From a virus, in IMG/VR virus record IMGVR_UViG_3300025276_000022: a stretch of 64,000 bases of DNA; one strand, written 5' to 3'. Below, one piece after another: positions 46,681 through 56,060 of this stretch. The notes under the pieces were generated by a model that made no database searches, was not told the origin of the DNA, and saw only the letters and a list, made by a program, of their open reading frames with translations. The position numbers and the translations under genes were made by a program. Within the stretch, counting starts at the first letter, position 1. Every line of letters starts with the position of its first letter.

Positions 46681-46919
46681 TGAATATGGCATATTGCGAT
46701 TACATCGCACACACAATATTGAGACCAGCGCTACAAAATGACGGCAAGGATCAGGGCCCACTTAACCGCCCAGAACTTGATAAAGGAGTTATAAGAGAGG
46801 TCGGTCACGTGAAGATGGATTTGGATCCTGTAGAGGGTTATATGGTATCCACCGCCAAGAGAATCGACGTGGTAGATATGAATGGTACGAAATACCGTAT
46901 CACGGTTGAAGAAATTTAA
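46680..46919 (+). CDS. Hypothetical protein
   Basis: AAAGGA ribosome-binding site; coupled. Confidence 0.65.
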   Translation: MNMAYCDYIAHTILRPALQNDGKDQGPLNRPELDKGVIREVGHVKMDLDPVEGYMVSTAKRIDVVDMNGTKYRITVEEI

Positions 46920-46995
46920 TTAGCGAAATGCCTTGACTTTTGTTTTGATTACATGTATAATAGCTACATAAACTGATAAAGAGAGAGATTTGAAT

Positions 46996-47268
46996 ATGCC
47001 TACTAACTACTTTGGTCTAAGAAAAAACCCTGAGTTCACTAAGTTCCGCAACTATGTTCTGTCGTTCTATGCGTACGACGGTCTTTACCCTGTAGAGGGC
47101 CTCAACGTTGAAGTTGTTGAACGTGCTATCGTTAAGTACATCGAAATATGTTCTAGTCCTGCTCGTCAAGAGTCTTGGGGTCACGGTGACTCTGTTGACC
47201 GCGAGAGAGTTCGGGATTTAATAATTGACACAACTTCTAGTAAACTTAAAGTCAAGGAGACTGTATAA
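46996..47268 (+). CDS. Hypothetical early protein
   Basis: Promoter 46933-46961; GDSVDRERVRD motif. Confidence 0.7.
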   Translation: MPTNYFGLRKNPEFTKFRNYVLSFYAYDGLYPVEGLNVEVVERAIVKYIEICSSPARQESWGHGDSVDRERVRDLIIDTTSSKLKVKETV

Positions 47269-47540
47269 TGGATAATCAAATCGTGTATATATCTGACCCT
47301 TCACACTCTTACTTGAGAGTGCCAGTTCGTAAGGTAGAGAACCTAGGTTTCATGAACGAAATCTCTGAGTACTCTTTTTTCAACAACCATTACGTATGGT
47401 TAGAGTGCGACTGTGATGCTCAGTTGTTCTTTGATGCGTTAGATGACCGTGGTCTGGCAGAACCGACTATCTACATGGAAACTCTTAATGAACAGGCACC
47501 GTTTAGATTGTATCCACGGTTCTCTGCGAAGGCTGCTTAG
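47268..47540 (+). CDS. Hypothetical protein
   Basis: DPSH..LRVP..IS.YS..WLE.DCDA. Confidence 0.7.
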   Translation: MDNQIVYISDPSHSYLRVPVRKVENLGFMNEISEYSFFNNHYVWLECDCDAQLFFDALDDRGLAEPTIYMETLNEQAPFRLYPRFSAKAA

Positions 47541-47697
47541 TGACTTACGCAATGGTAATGTGTGTCGAGTGGTATGACGAAAATGATGACCGCCAAATAC
47601 AGTGGAATGTTCGTGACCCTGAACAGTTAAAACGTGAACTAATCGCGCAGAACATTCCGGAAGATAAGATTGAAATATACGAGAAAGATGTATCCTA

Positions 47698-48204
47698 ATG
47701 AAGACAGAGACCATTTTAGAAGAAGCAATACCGTTCGCCACACAGATGCACGAGGGGCAATTACGAAAGTATACTCATGAACCCTATATCGAACATCCTT
47801 TGGCTGTCGCAGATTTAGTTGAAGAGTACATGGACGCTCGTAGATGCGTTTACGACGATGATGCTATTATGACCGCAATGACTATTGCAGTTCTCCATGA
47901 TGTTGTCGAAGATACCGAAGCAACTATGGAAGACATCGTTGAACTGTTCGGAGAAGAAGTTGCTACCGGAGTTTGGTTCTTAACTAAATGTCCAGACTAC
48001 GTAGGTAACCGTGCTACTCGAAAAAAGATATGTGAAGATCGACTTGCCAGTGCACCGGAGATCGTCAAGATTATTAAGGCGTTTGATATGCAGCATAACA
48101 GTCTTACTCTAGAACGAGACGACCCTGCTTTCTATAAAGTATTTGTACGAGAGGCCGAGAGTTTATTGGCCGCGATGAAGTTAGAACACATCTTGCCAAA
48201 ATAA
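47698..48204 (+). CDS. HD-domain RelA/SpoT-type small alarmone hydrolase-like protein
   Basis: HEGQLRK..EPYIEHP..VA; LHDVVEDT. Confidence 0.85.
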   Translation: MKTETILEEAIPFATQMHEGQLRKYTHEPYIEHPLAVADLVEEYMDARRCVYDDDAIMTAMTIAVLHDVVEDTEATMEDIVELFGEEVATGVWFLTKCPDYVGNRATRKKICEDRLASAPEIVKIIKAFDMQHNSLTLERDDPAFYKVFVREAESLLAAMKLEHILPK

Positions 48205-48290
48205 ATCACTTATTTTCATAATAAGTCTTGACACGTAATGAAAATAAGTGTATAATAGCTGTATAAATTAATGAAAAGAGAAACTATATT

Positions 48291-49247
48291 ATGTCTACTA
48301 TGAACGATGTGCTTCAAATTGAAACTTCCGCGACAGTTGGTAAATGCCCTTGGGGTATCGGTACCGAAGTCTCTAACGATTTAACTCCTATCCAGATGAT
48401 GCAGAAAGCAGGCGTCGATTGGTCAGTTGAGAAGATCCCTACTTACGCTCGACACAACAATGTTGAAGTACCTACAGGTATGGAAGCACTTGTGCGTTCT
48501 ACTGACAGTAAGATCCTCACCCAAGTGGGTGGTAACTGGAACCCAGTTCAAAACGAAACCGCATTCGAATTCTTCAACGATTACTGCTCTGCCGGTGATA
48601 TGGAAATGAGTTCTGCTGGTTCTTTGAAAGATGGTAAGATGGTCTACGCAATGGCTAAGGTCAAAGAGTCATTCGATATATTGAAGGGTGATCAGGTTGA
48701 TTCATATCTTTTATTCTCTAACCCACATGAGTACGGTAAGTCAATCGACGTTCGATTCACTCCGGTTCGTGTAACTTGTATGAACAGTCTGTCACTTGCT
48801 CTACGTGGAACTGCGGTTAACTCAACTAAGATTAACCACCGTAAGGCATTCGATCCAGAACAGGTTAAAATCACTATGGGTCTTGCCCACGAGAAGTTTG
48901 ACCAATACAAAGAGATGGCAGAGTTGTTATCAAAACGACAGTTCACTGCTGATACTCTTATCCAATACTACAACTCTCTTTTCCCTTCACAGGCACCGAA
49001 GGAAGAAGTTCGAGTTTACAACGACCTCGCACCGAATGCCAAGAAGGCATACGAGTTGTTAGAGACCCAGCCAGGCGCTGAGTACGGTCGTGGAACATGG
49101 TGGCAGGCGTTTAACTCAGTTACGTATCTAACTGACCACCGATTAGGTCGTACCGCTGACAGTCGAATGACTTCTGCATGGTACGGTGCAAACCAAGTCA
49201 AGAAGAAGCGTGCAGCTGAACTTGCAGTAGAAATGGCGGTAGCATAA
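48291..49247 (+). CDS. DUF932 phage/plasmid protein
   Basis: PVQN..AF, AGSL..GK, TPVRVTCMN, GTWW.AFN.VT; promoter 48228-48256. Confidence 0.85.
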   Translation: MSTMNDVLQIETSATVGKCPWGIGTEVSNDLTPIQMMQKAGVDWSVEKIPTYARHNNVEVPTGMEALVRSTDSKILTQVGGNWNPVQNETAFEFFNDYCSAGDMEMSSAGSLKDGKMVYAMAKVKESFDILKGDQVDSYLLFSNPHEYGKSIDVRFTPVRVTCMNSLSLALRGTAVNSTKINHRKAFDPEQVKITMGLAHEKFDQYKEMAELLSKRQFTADTLIQYYNSLFPSQAPKEEVRVYNDLAPNAKKAYELLETQPGAEYGRGTWWQAFNSVTYLTDHRLGRTADSRMTSAWYGANQVKKKRAAELAVEMAVA

Positions 49248-49516
49248 TGTATACTAGTAATCGAGAATACAAAAATAGGTATGGGGACAAATATGAGTTC
49301 GTTGGAACGGACTCTCCATCTAGATTCATTCTGGAGGGTAATCTTAAATACTGTAGGATGGGTGGTAAGGAAGGCGTGGAGAGAATCGACCAATTAGATT
49401 TGGGTATGATAGATCCTAGTGGTGGCCCTTACATAGATCTAGGTACCTTGATAGACAATAAAAAAATAACTAAAATTTCTGTATACTCAGAAGTAATCAT
49501 GTTGGAGACAGAATAG
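49247..49516 (+). CDS. Hypothetical protein
   Basis: NRYGD..DPSGGPYI motif. Confidence 0.7.
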   Translation: MYTSNREYKNRYGDKYEFVGTDSPSRFILEGNLKYCRMGGKEGVERIDQLDLGMIDPSGGPYIDLGTLIDNKKITKISVYSEVIMLETE

Positions 49517-49731
49517 TGGAGATTGAAATAACAGATGAATCGCTTGAACGTATTATGGTAACCCAACTCACTCAGAGTCTGGAGTGGGCTCGTAAAGACT
49601 TGTCTACGTATGATGTTGGTTTAAATGCAAACGCAAACGTGGTAGGTGTCCCCGAAGCAGACAAAGAAGAACTGCGCAAGGACATTGAAGCTTACGAAAG
49701 AATTCTCAATTATTGGACGGTACAATTATAA
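49516..49731 (+). CDS. Hypothetical protein
   Basis: GGAG ribosome-binding site, GTG start. Confidence 0.6.
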   Translation: MEIEITDESLERIMVTQLTQSLEWARKDLSTYDVGLNANANVVGVPEADKEELRKDIEAYERILNYWTVQL

Positions 49732-50150
49732 TGAAAAATCGATTCGACCTAGAACAAGAAATCATGGACTGTTGGAAAGTTACCGATGAGATCAATATGG
49801 TGACTAAACACTTCATCGATAGTCCACAATGGGAAGGTATGAGTGCTGAACTGGCCGATGCCTTGATGAACAAATACTTTGCGATTGCGGAACTTTATGA
49901 ACTCAAGTTTACAAATCTATTCGAGACCTTTGTCGATTGTATACCTGACTTGAAAGATTCTATCGAAAATAATTTAGGAGAGTATGTTTTTTCTGAAGCA
50001 GAACGACGTTTCATCACTGACGATACCGTTGATTTTTCCTCGCCTTGGGATGTAGAAGCTCCCAGTCCTCAAATGGATTTACGTCTAAATGATGTCACGC
50101 CCGAAGGTTGGGACAACCCTAGGGCGTGGGATAAAACTACTAGAGGTTAA
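49731..50150 (+). CDS. Hypothetical protein
   Basis: RFDLEQEIMDCW..LYELKF. Confidence 0.65.
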   Translation: MKNRFDLEQEIMDCWKVTDEINMVTKHFIDSPQWEGMSAELADALMNKYFAIAELYELKFTNLFETFVDCIPDLKDSIENNLGEYVFSEAERRFITDDTVDFSSPWDVEAPSPQMDLRLNDVTPEGWDNPRAWDKTTRG

Positions 50151-50209
50151 ATATCTCTCTCGTTAGACCCCTTTGTTCTATAAATAGAAATAGACAAGGG
50201 GAGCGTCTA

Positions 50210-50479
50210 ATGAAAACTTTTCATATAGCAGTACGAACTGCATTGCTGTGTTCTTTACTTTGGATTGGTGGTACAGCACTTTTAATTAATGAATATATAA
50301 AGGTAGTGCAAACAAAAGATTTTCAGATTATGATGTTGAAGTCTGACGTTAGCAAGAATAAACAATTAACTACAGTATATGATACAACATTAAAAGATTT
50401 TCTTTGGAGAATTCAAAACCGCGAAGAGATTCGTCTTGCCAAGAAAACCTTTATGTGTTACAAAATTGATAAGGTATAA
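50210..50479 (+). CDS. TM plus coiled-coil late protein
   Basis: TATAAATA at 50179; N-terminal TM helix. Confidence 0.6.
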   Translation: MKTFHIAVRTALLCSLLWIGGTALLINEYIKVVQTKDFQIMMLKSDVSKNKQLTTVYDTTLKDFLWRIQNREEIRLAKKTFMCYKIDKV

Positions 50480-50481
50480 TA

Positions 50482-50913
50482 ATGATTAAGTTTAATAAAG
50501 AAGTCTTTGAAGTTTTCGAGGAATATAAGAAAGCAGATTCCAGAGAATCCCGATTAGATGTATTGAAAAAATATGAAGACAACTGGGCGTTCAAAGATAT
50601 TCTTCGTGGATCCTTCGACGAGTCTTTGGAATTTCTACTTCCTTCTGGACGCCCACCATTCACTCCCAATAAAGCGGAGTCGGTTCCCTCTACCCTACTG
50701 AAGCAGCACAAGCAATTTGGTAACTTTATTAAGGGTGGTACCGGAGAGCAAACCCCAGCGTTTAAACGCGAGAATCAATTCGTCCAGCTTCTAGAATCCG
50801 TTCATCCGGAGGATGCTGAGTACGTTCTGAAAATGGTGGCGAAGAAGCCACCGTGTCGTTACATAACCAAGAAACTAGTACAGGAGGCATTTCCGACCCT
50901 GATACACGAGTAA
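50482..50913 (+). CDS. Conserved T4-like hypothetical protein
   Basis: LP.GRPPF..KRE..FVQLLE.VHP. Confidence 0.75.
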   Translation: MIKFNKEVFEVFEEYKKADSRESRLDVLKKYEDNWAFKDILRGSFDESLEFLLPSGRPPFTPNKAESVPSTLLKQHKQFGNFIKGGTGEQTPAFKRENQFVQLLESVHPEDAEYVLKMVAKKPPCRYITKKLVQEAFPTLIHE

Positions 50914-51119
50914 TCTTTTCGACTAACTAACTTCCAAGGAGATCCATATGTCGAGTGATGTACAACAGTTGAACCAAGTAATAGTAACAAAAACCCAGTA
51001 TTGTAGTTCACTGGATACCTATACTAAACAACTTTCTCGTTAGGAGGTGATCATCTCTTCAGGAGCGTACAGTGAGTCTCTTGTCGTAGTGATTGAATAT
51101 AATTTGGAATGGATATATA

Positions 51120-51362
51120 ATGCCACAGTATGATTTTAGAAACAAAGAAACCGGAGAGGTCACGGAAGTGCTTCTCCGTATTTCTGAATACGACCAATGG
51201 TTAAGTGACAACCCAGAATGGACACGTTACTTCCCTGCGGATTCAGCACCCAAGATAGTATCGGGGGTTAAGTCTACTATGAGATTAGCAGGTTCTCAGT
51301 GGAATGAACATCTTACAAATATTAAGAAAGGTTCGGACAAAAACAATACTATAAAGGTTTAG
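51120..51362 (+). CDS. FmdB-like protein
   Basis: MPQYDF..ETGE..NP. Confidence 0.65.
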   Translation: MPQYDFRNKETGEVTEVLLRISEYDQWLSDNPEWTRYFPADSAPKIVSGVKSTMRLAGSQWNEHLTNIKKGSDKNNTIKV

Positions 51363-51366
51363 AGCT

Positions 51367-51567
51367 ATGAAGTTTTTAAATTGGCTCCGACTTGGGCCGA
51401 CGAATGGTAAGAAGGTAGAAGACGGAACTCCAGATCCCGAAGATTTATCTGTAGCAAACGCATACAAAACTAGGTGGGTATGGTATCACACTATACTTGC
51501 TATTGAAATTTTAATGACCAATGTACTGTTGGCGTGTATCTTGGTAGTTCTTGCTATCAAGTTATAA
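51367..51567 (+). CDS. Membrane protein
   Basis: AYKTRWVWYHTIL plus TM helix. Confidence 0.7.
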   Translation: MKFLNWLRLGPTNGKKVEDGTPDPEDLSVANAYKTRWVWYHTILAIEILMTNVLLACILVVLAIKL

Positions 51568-51575
51568 GGAATATA

Positions 51576-51875
51576 ATGTTAATTAATGAATTGATTGAGA
51601 AGACTATAGAATGGCATCGAGCTCGTAACCTAATTGATGGTGCGAACGACAAAGACCAATTTATGAAACTCATCCAAGAGTGCGGTGAGTTGTCAGATAA
51701 CATCTGTAAACAACAAGACATCCGAGACGACATTGGCGACATCATGGTCGTACTGATTAATATTGCCGAGAGAAATGGAGTTACCCTTGAAGATTGTTTG
51801 GCCGTGGCCTACGACGACATTAAAGACCGTAAAGGCAAAATGGTCGATGGTGTCTTCATTAAAGAAGAGAAGTAA
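51576..51875 (+). CDS. MazG-like NTP pyrophosphohydrolase
   Basis: KLIQECGEL..DDIGD..AYDDIKDRKG. Confidence 0.88.
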   Translation: MLINELIEKTIEWHRARNLIDGANDKDQFMKLIQECGELSDNICKQQDIRDDIGDIMVVLINIAERNGVTLEDCLAVAYDDIKDRKGKMVDGVFIKEEK

Positions 51876-51879
51876 TACA

Positions 51880-52323
51880 ATGAACCGCGAAGCAGTATAC
51901 AACCAACTCAAGGTCGATGAAGGAGTCGTTTATGAGATTTACCTCGACCACCTTAACTACCCCACGTTTGGTGTTGGACACCTAGTTAAAGAAAGTGACG
52001 GAGAGTTCGGGTTTGCGGTCGGAACGAAGATATCCCCCGAAAGAGTTAGCGAGGCATTCCAACAAGACCTCGACACCTCAATCGATGAATGTTGTGTACT
52101 ATACGGAGAACGGTTCAATAGTTTCCCAGATGAGGTTCAGCAAGTCTTGGTCAATATGATGTTTAACCTAGGTAGACCAAGACTAAGTAAGTTCAAGAAC
52201 ATGTATGCCGCGGTACTCGAAAGTGATTGGACGACAGCTGCTATTGAGGGACGCGATTCAAAATGGTATCGTCAAGTAGGACTTAGGTCTGAACGACTAA
52301 TGAGAAGGTTAGAGAATGTCTAA
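51880..52323 (+). CDS. T4 lysozyme-like endolysin (GH24)
   Basis: DEG..YLDHL..TFGVGH; NMMFNLG; DSKWYRQV. Confidence 0.9.
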   Translation: MNREAVYNQLKVDEGVVYEIYLDHLNYPTFGVGHLVKESDGEFGFAVGTKISPERVSEAFQQDLDTSIDECCVLYGERFNSFPDEVQQVLVNMMFNLGRPRLSKFKNMYAAVLESDWTTAAIEGRDSKWYRQVGLRSERLMRRLENV

Positions 52324-53170
52324 TAATGTAATATTCCAATACATGATCGTGAGTAAAGAAGTAGATGCTCGTGGTGATATTAAAGGGTGGGACGGTACAC
52401 GTTCTTCCTTGTACAAAGAAGTAGCACATATCTCTCGTACCTCATTCGAAGAGTATGCAGAAAAGATTGGAGCGTCGCACATATACTCTGACGAGCGTGT
52501 TGCGACAAAAGGGCATGGATGTTCAACCTCCCTATTGCACGAGTGTGCACGTGTCTGGCTAGACCCTATGTTCGACCAGTACGACAACCTACTATTCGTA
52601 GACACAGACATCGTGGTCAACACCGAAGAGAACATCTTTGATCAGATGGAATCTGGTGCTGATGTATACGGTGTACTAGAGTCCGACTTCGTTACTGCTA
52701 ATGGGGGTGGGTACAACTCGTGGGATAGTAACGAAGAGAACTACAGAAGTTTCTGTCGTAAGTTCGATATGCATGACTGTCCTATCGTACCTGTAATGCC
52801 ACCTAATCGTCCATCCAAACTAACCATCATGAACACCGGAGTTGTACTCTGGTCTAAGGAAGCACGTCTACGTGCACGTGAACTATTCATGGCATGGGAT
52901 GATTGGTGTTACGCTGGTGACTTCCATATGTCTATCCTTAATGATCAGCCGTACATCTCTGCACAGTTGATGAAGCATGAGTTCGACGTAGAGACTATCG
53001 ATACTACTTGGAACGACAGTCCACACTATGCCACAGAGCAAGAGTTCTTTGATAACGCAAAGTTCTGTCACTACACTGGTGGTGAATGGAAAGTCGACAT
53101 GGTAAACCACTGGAGAGAACATCGTTTTAAAACTACGCCTTGGGAACGTAATATACATTCGCTACCATAG
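52316..53170 (+). CDS. GT-A glycosyltransferase
   Basis: FVDTD, NTGV, DQPY, WN, HY motifs. Confidence 0.8.
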   Translation: MSNNVIFQYMIVSKEVDARGDIKGWDGTRSSLYKEVAHISRTSFEEYAEKIGASHIYSDERVATKGHGCSTSLLHECARVWLDPMFDQYDNLLFVDTDIVVNTEENIFDQMESGADVYGVLESDFVTANGGGYNSWDSNEENYRSFCRKFDMHDCPIVPVMPPNRPSKLTIMNTGVVLWSKEARLRARELFMAWDDWCYAGDFHMSILNDQPYISAQLMKHEFDVETIDTTWNDSPHYATEQEFFDNAKFCHYTGGEWKVDMVNHWREHRFKTTPWERNIHSLP

Positions 53171-53247
53171 AATATATTTTCAAAACAAGCCCTTGACAAA
53201 CCTCTCCTTTACATGTATAATGTATATCTAACTGGAGAGGTTTTTTT

Positions 53248-53412
53248 ATGAAGTACGATAAAGCTGGTGTTGCTCACGCAATACAGAAACACATATATGA
53301 TGCAGCGAACCCTGATTGGAGTTCCCTCGAATCGGAGTTATTAAGAATTGGGTACATGGATATTGAAGTGTTTTATATAATGAACAATGTGAGAGAAGAG
53401 GGTGTGGCGTGA
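53248..53412 (+). CDS. 54-aa hypothetical protein (not in the ORF track)
   Basis: Promoter 53193-53221; GGAGAGG ribosome-binding site. Confidence 0.6.
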   Translation: MKYDKAGVAHAIQKHIYDAANPDWSSLESELLRIGYMDIEVFYIMNNVREEGVA

Positions 53413-53984
53413 AAGATAAAGTAATTTTAGTAGACTGTGATGGTGTGATCCTAGATTGGCAGTATGCCTTTCAACGATGGATGAGTCGTCATGGATATAC
53501 GGTAGTCAAGCCTGATGTATATGACATCGGTGAGATGTATGGGTTGATGTGGTCAACCGAAAAGAAGCAGTTGTGTCGTATGTTCAATGAGTCTGCCGCG
53601 ATTAGAAAGATTCCACCTCTACGTGATGCGATCAAGTACATCAAGAAGTTGCACGAAGAGCACGGTTATGTGTTCCATGCAATCACTTCTTTAAGTGACG
53701 ACGAGTACTCACAGCACTTACGTACCAAGAACCTATGTGAACTCTTCGGTAAGACTGTTTTCGAAACGTATGTGTACCTAGACACTGGTGCTGACAAAGA
53801 CGAGGCGTTAGAAGCCTATCGTGATACCGGATGTTTGTGGGTAGAAGACAAGGTAGAGAACGCAATCGCTGGTGCGAAGGTCGGACTTGAACCTGTAGTC
53901 ATGAGACACGTCTATAACCAAGACACCGACTTCCCTCTAATGAACAACTGGAAAGATGTGTACGAACACGTAACAGGAAAATAA
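53409..53984 (+). CDS. HAD 5'(3')-deoxyribonucleotidase-like protein (T4 gp30.2-like)
   Basis: DCDGV, ITS, K, WVEDK. Confidence 0.85.
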   Translation: MKDKVILVDCDGVILDWQYAFQRWMSRHGYTVVKPDVYDIGEMYGLMWSTEKKQLCRMFNESAAIRKIPPLRDAIKYIKKLHEEHGYVFHAITSLSDDEYSQHLRTKNLCELFGKTVFETYVYLDTGADKDEALEAYRDTGCLWVEDKVENAIAGAKVGLEPVVMRHVYNQDTDFPLMNNWKDVYEHVTGK

Positions 53985-54004
53985 TCATCTCTGTGATCCA
54001 TTCG

Positions 54005-54027
54005 GGAGTCTTCGGACTCCTTTTTTT
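54005..54027 (+). terminator. Rho-independent terminator with UUCG loop
   Basis: GGAGTC-TTCG-GACTCC-T7. Confidence 0.9.
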
Positions 54028-54071
54028 ATGTATAAATAACTGCATTACAACAATACTATTATAGGTGAATA

Positions 54072-55538
54072 ATGAGATACGTGGGTTACAGTGAATTTTA
54101 TCATGATTCAGGTCTAGCTATTATTAGCGAAGATGGTGTTGTGGACTTTGCCACACACGGAGAGCGATACTCCAAGAAGAAGAACGACCCTAATATTCCG
54201 GATGTGTTGTGGGACATGATCAATAAGGATGACCACGTATCATTCTATGAAGATCACAAGATCAAGTTCGACATGCGCGGAGGGTTCGATGGTCTTGCAA
54301 CACTAGCATACCCTAAAGACGCTGAGTACGATACCTTCCATATGCACCACGAATCTCATTGTGCGGCTGCGTTCTACACACGTCCGTGGGAATCGAAGGA
54401 TGACACTGTACTTGTATCTATCGATGGGGTAGGTGAACTACAGACTGCGGTCATCATGGATGCAGACTTCAACCTAATCAAAGAGTGGCACTACCCTAAG
54501 TCGGTAGGTCTAGTCTATACCCTTACTACTAAGTTCCTTGGTCTACGTCCACTCGAAGATGAGTACGTGGTCATGGGTCTCTCTGCGTACCACGATACAT
54601 GCCCGAAGTCTAAGGCAATAACCGATTGGTTGATCCGGTGGTATGATAACCTAGAAGACATCGCACCAGAAGTTGCAATGGGTATTGAGGTAGGGGGTGA
54701 AAATTCTCAACGTGAAGTAGCTCGGGTACGATTTAGATCAGAGTTCGAACGTCGAATCCTATCCGTAGAAGATAAGGTAGCGGCACGTGCTACCCAAGAC
54801 TTCGCAGACTATGCAATCATGAAGATCATGACCGAAGCATCCAAGTACGGTAAGAAACTATGTTACTCCGGTGGTTGCGCACAGAACGTGGTGATCAACT
54901 CTAGGTTGTTCGAACTGTTCGATGAGGTACATATCGCATGTTCACCTACAGACGCTGGTTCCGGTCTGGGTACCGCTGCACGTTCATGGGCCAAGGCGAC
55001 AGGTAAAGATAAGTTGATCTGGTCTCCATACTGTGGGTACGATATCGAACGTCCGGTCGACCCTAGTGAGATCGTAGATCATCTACTCAGTCATAAGGTA
55101 TGCGGTATCGCGAACGGTAAGGCAGAGTTCGGGCCTCGTGCGTTAGGTAACAGATCCCTGATTGCAGACGTACGCTATGACGTACAGGATACAGTGAACG
55201 GAATCAAACGTAGACAGAAGTACCGTCCGTTTGCTCCTGCCATACTAGAAGAGTACGCAGAAGAATATTTCAGTGGCCCTATGAATGACCATATGCAATT
55301 CACTTCAACTGCATTACATGATTACGCACCTGTAACCCACGTAGATGGGACAGCACGTGTACAGATCGTGAAGAAAGACTGTGAGTCGATCTTCCGAAAG
55401 GTAATTGAGGAGTACCATGATAGAACTGGTGTTCCAATGTTACTAAATACTAGTCTCAACATTCGCGGCCGACCAATGGTTAATGACGAACATGACGCCG
55501 AGATGTGGGAACAAAAGTATGATGTGAGGGTGTTCTGA
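54072..55538 (+). CDS. NodU/CmcH carbamoyltransferase
   Basis: HDS, ERYSKKKND, HHESH, DGVGE, GGCAQN, EFGPRALGNRS, LLNTSLN; TATAAATA at 54031. Confidence 0.93.
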   Translation: MRYVGYSEFYHDSGLAIISEDGVVDFATHGERYSKKKNDPNIPDVLWDMINKDDHVSFYEDHKIKFDMRGGFDGLATLAYPKDAEYDTFHMHHESHCAAAFYTRPWESKDDTVLVSIDGVGELQTAVIMDADFNLIKEWHYPKSVGLVYTLTTKFLGLRPLEDEYVVMGLSAYHDTCPKSKAITDWLIRWYDNLEDIAPEVAMGIEVGGENSQREVARVRFRSEFERRILSVEDKVAARATQDFADYAIMKIMTEASKYGKKLCYSGGCAQNVVINSRLFELFDEVHIACSPTDAGSGLGTAARSWAKATGKDKLIWSPYCGYDIERPVDPSEIVDHLLSHKVCGIANGKAEFGPRALGNRSLIADVRYDVQDTVNGIKRRQKYRPFAPAILEEYAEEYFSGPMNDHMQFTSTALHDYAPVTHVDGTARVQIVKKDCESIFRKVIEEYHDRTGVPMLLNTSLNIRGRPMVNDEHDAEMWEQKYDVRVF

Positions 55539-55539
55539 T

Positions 55540-55704
55540 ATGGGACACTTACGGGAAATAGGTCTGTCCTATATAGAACATCTATACAGAGCGTGGACAC
55601 TCGCGTTTGTCTGTATAGTACACGGCCTATTTCCTTTTATATGGGAACATAAAGCAAAAGAGATTATTAACAGCGACCCCCACGATTTTAAGGTGAAAAA
55701 ATGA
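55540..55704 (+). CDS. Small DUF6356-like protein
   Basis: HL..IG.SY.EH..IVHG.FPF. Confidence 0.55.
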   Translation: MGHLREIGLSYIEHLYRAWTLAFVCIVHGLFPFIWEHKAKEIINSDPHDFKVKK

Positions 55705-56060
55705 TGAGCTACGGAAGCTTGGAAGGACACGAAGAATCTATTGCAAAACCAATCAAACAAAAGATTGAACTTGAGGTAGAGTTTGATACTACACAGAAAG
55801 AAGTAACTCCGACTAAGTTCAGTACCTTGCTACAGTTCGCGGATGTAATCGATGCGTATCGACTTTTCCCACGAGCATTCATAGGGTCATACCTGTACCT
55901 ATTACTCGAAACCACCCAATGGTTCATGACGATACCTGAACCCAATGCATCACAGGCAGGTCTTATATCTGTAGTGGTAGGTGCTGGTGCCGCATGGTTC
56001 GGACTGTACACGTCTACAGGTTCCGGCCGGCAGATAAAAAGTATTAAGACTGGCAAATGA
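55701..56060 (+). CDS. Two-TM membrane protein (holin-like)
   Basis: D.YRLFPR..WFM..QAGLISVVVGAG. Confidence 0.65.
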   Translation: MMSYGSLEGHEESIAKPIKQKIELEVEFDTTQKEVTPTKFSTLLQFADVIDAYRLFPRAFIGSYLYLLLETTQWFMTIPEPNASQAGLISVVVGAGAAWFGLYTSTGSGRQIKSIKTGK

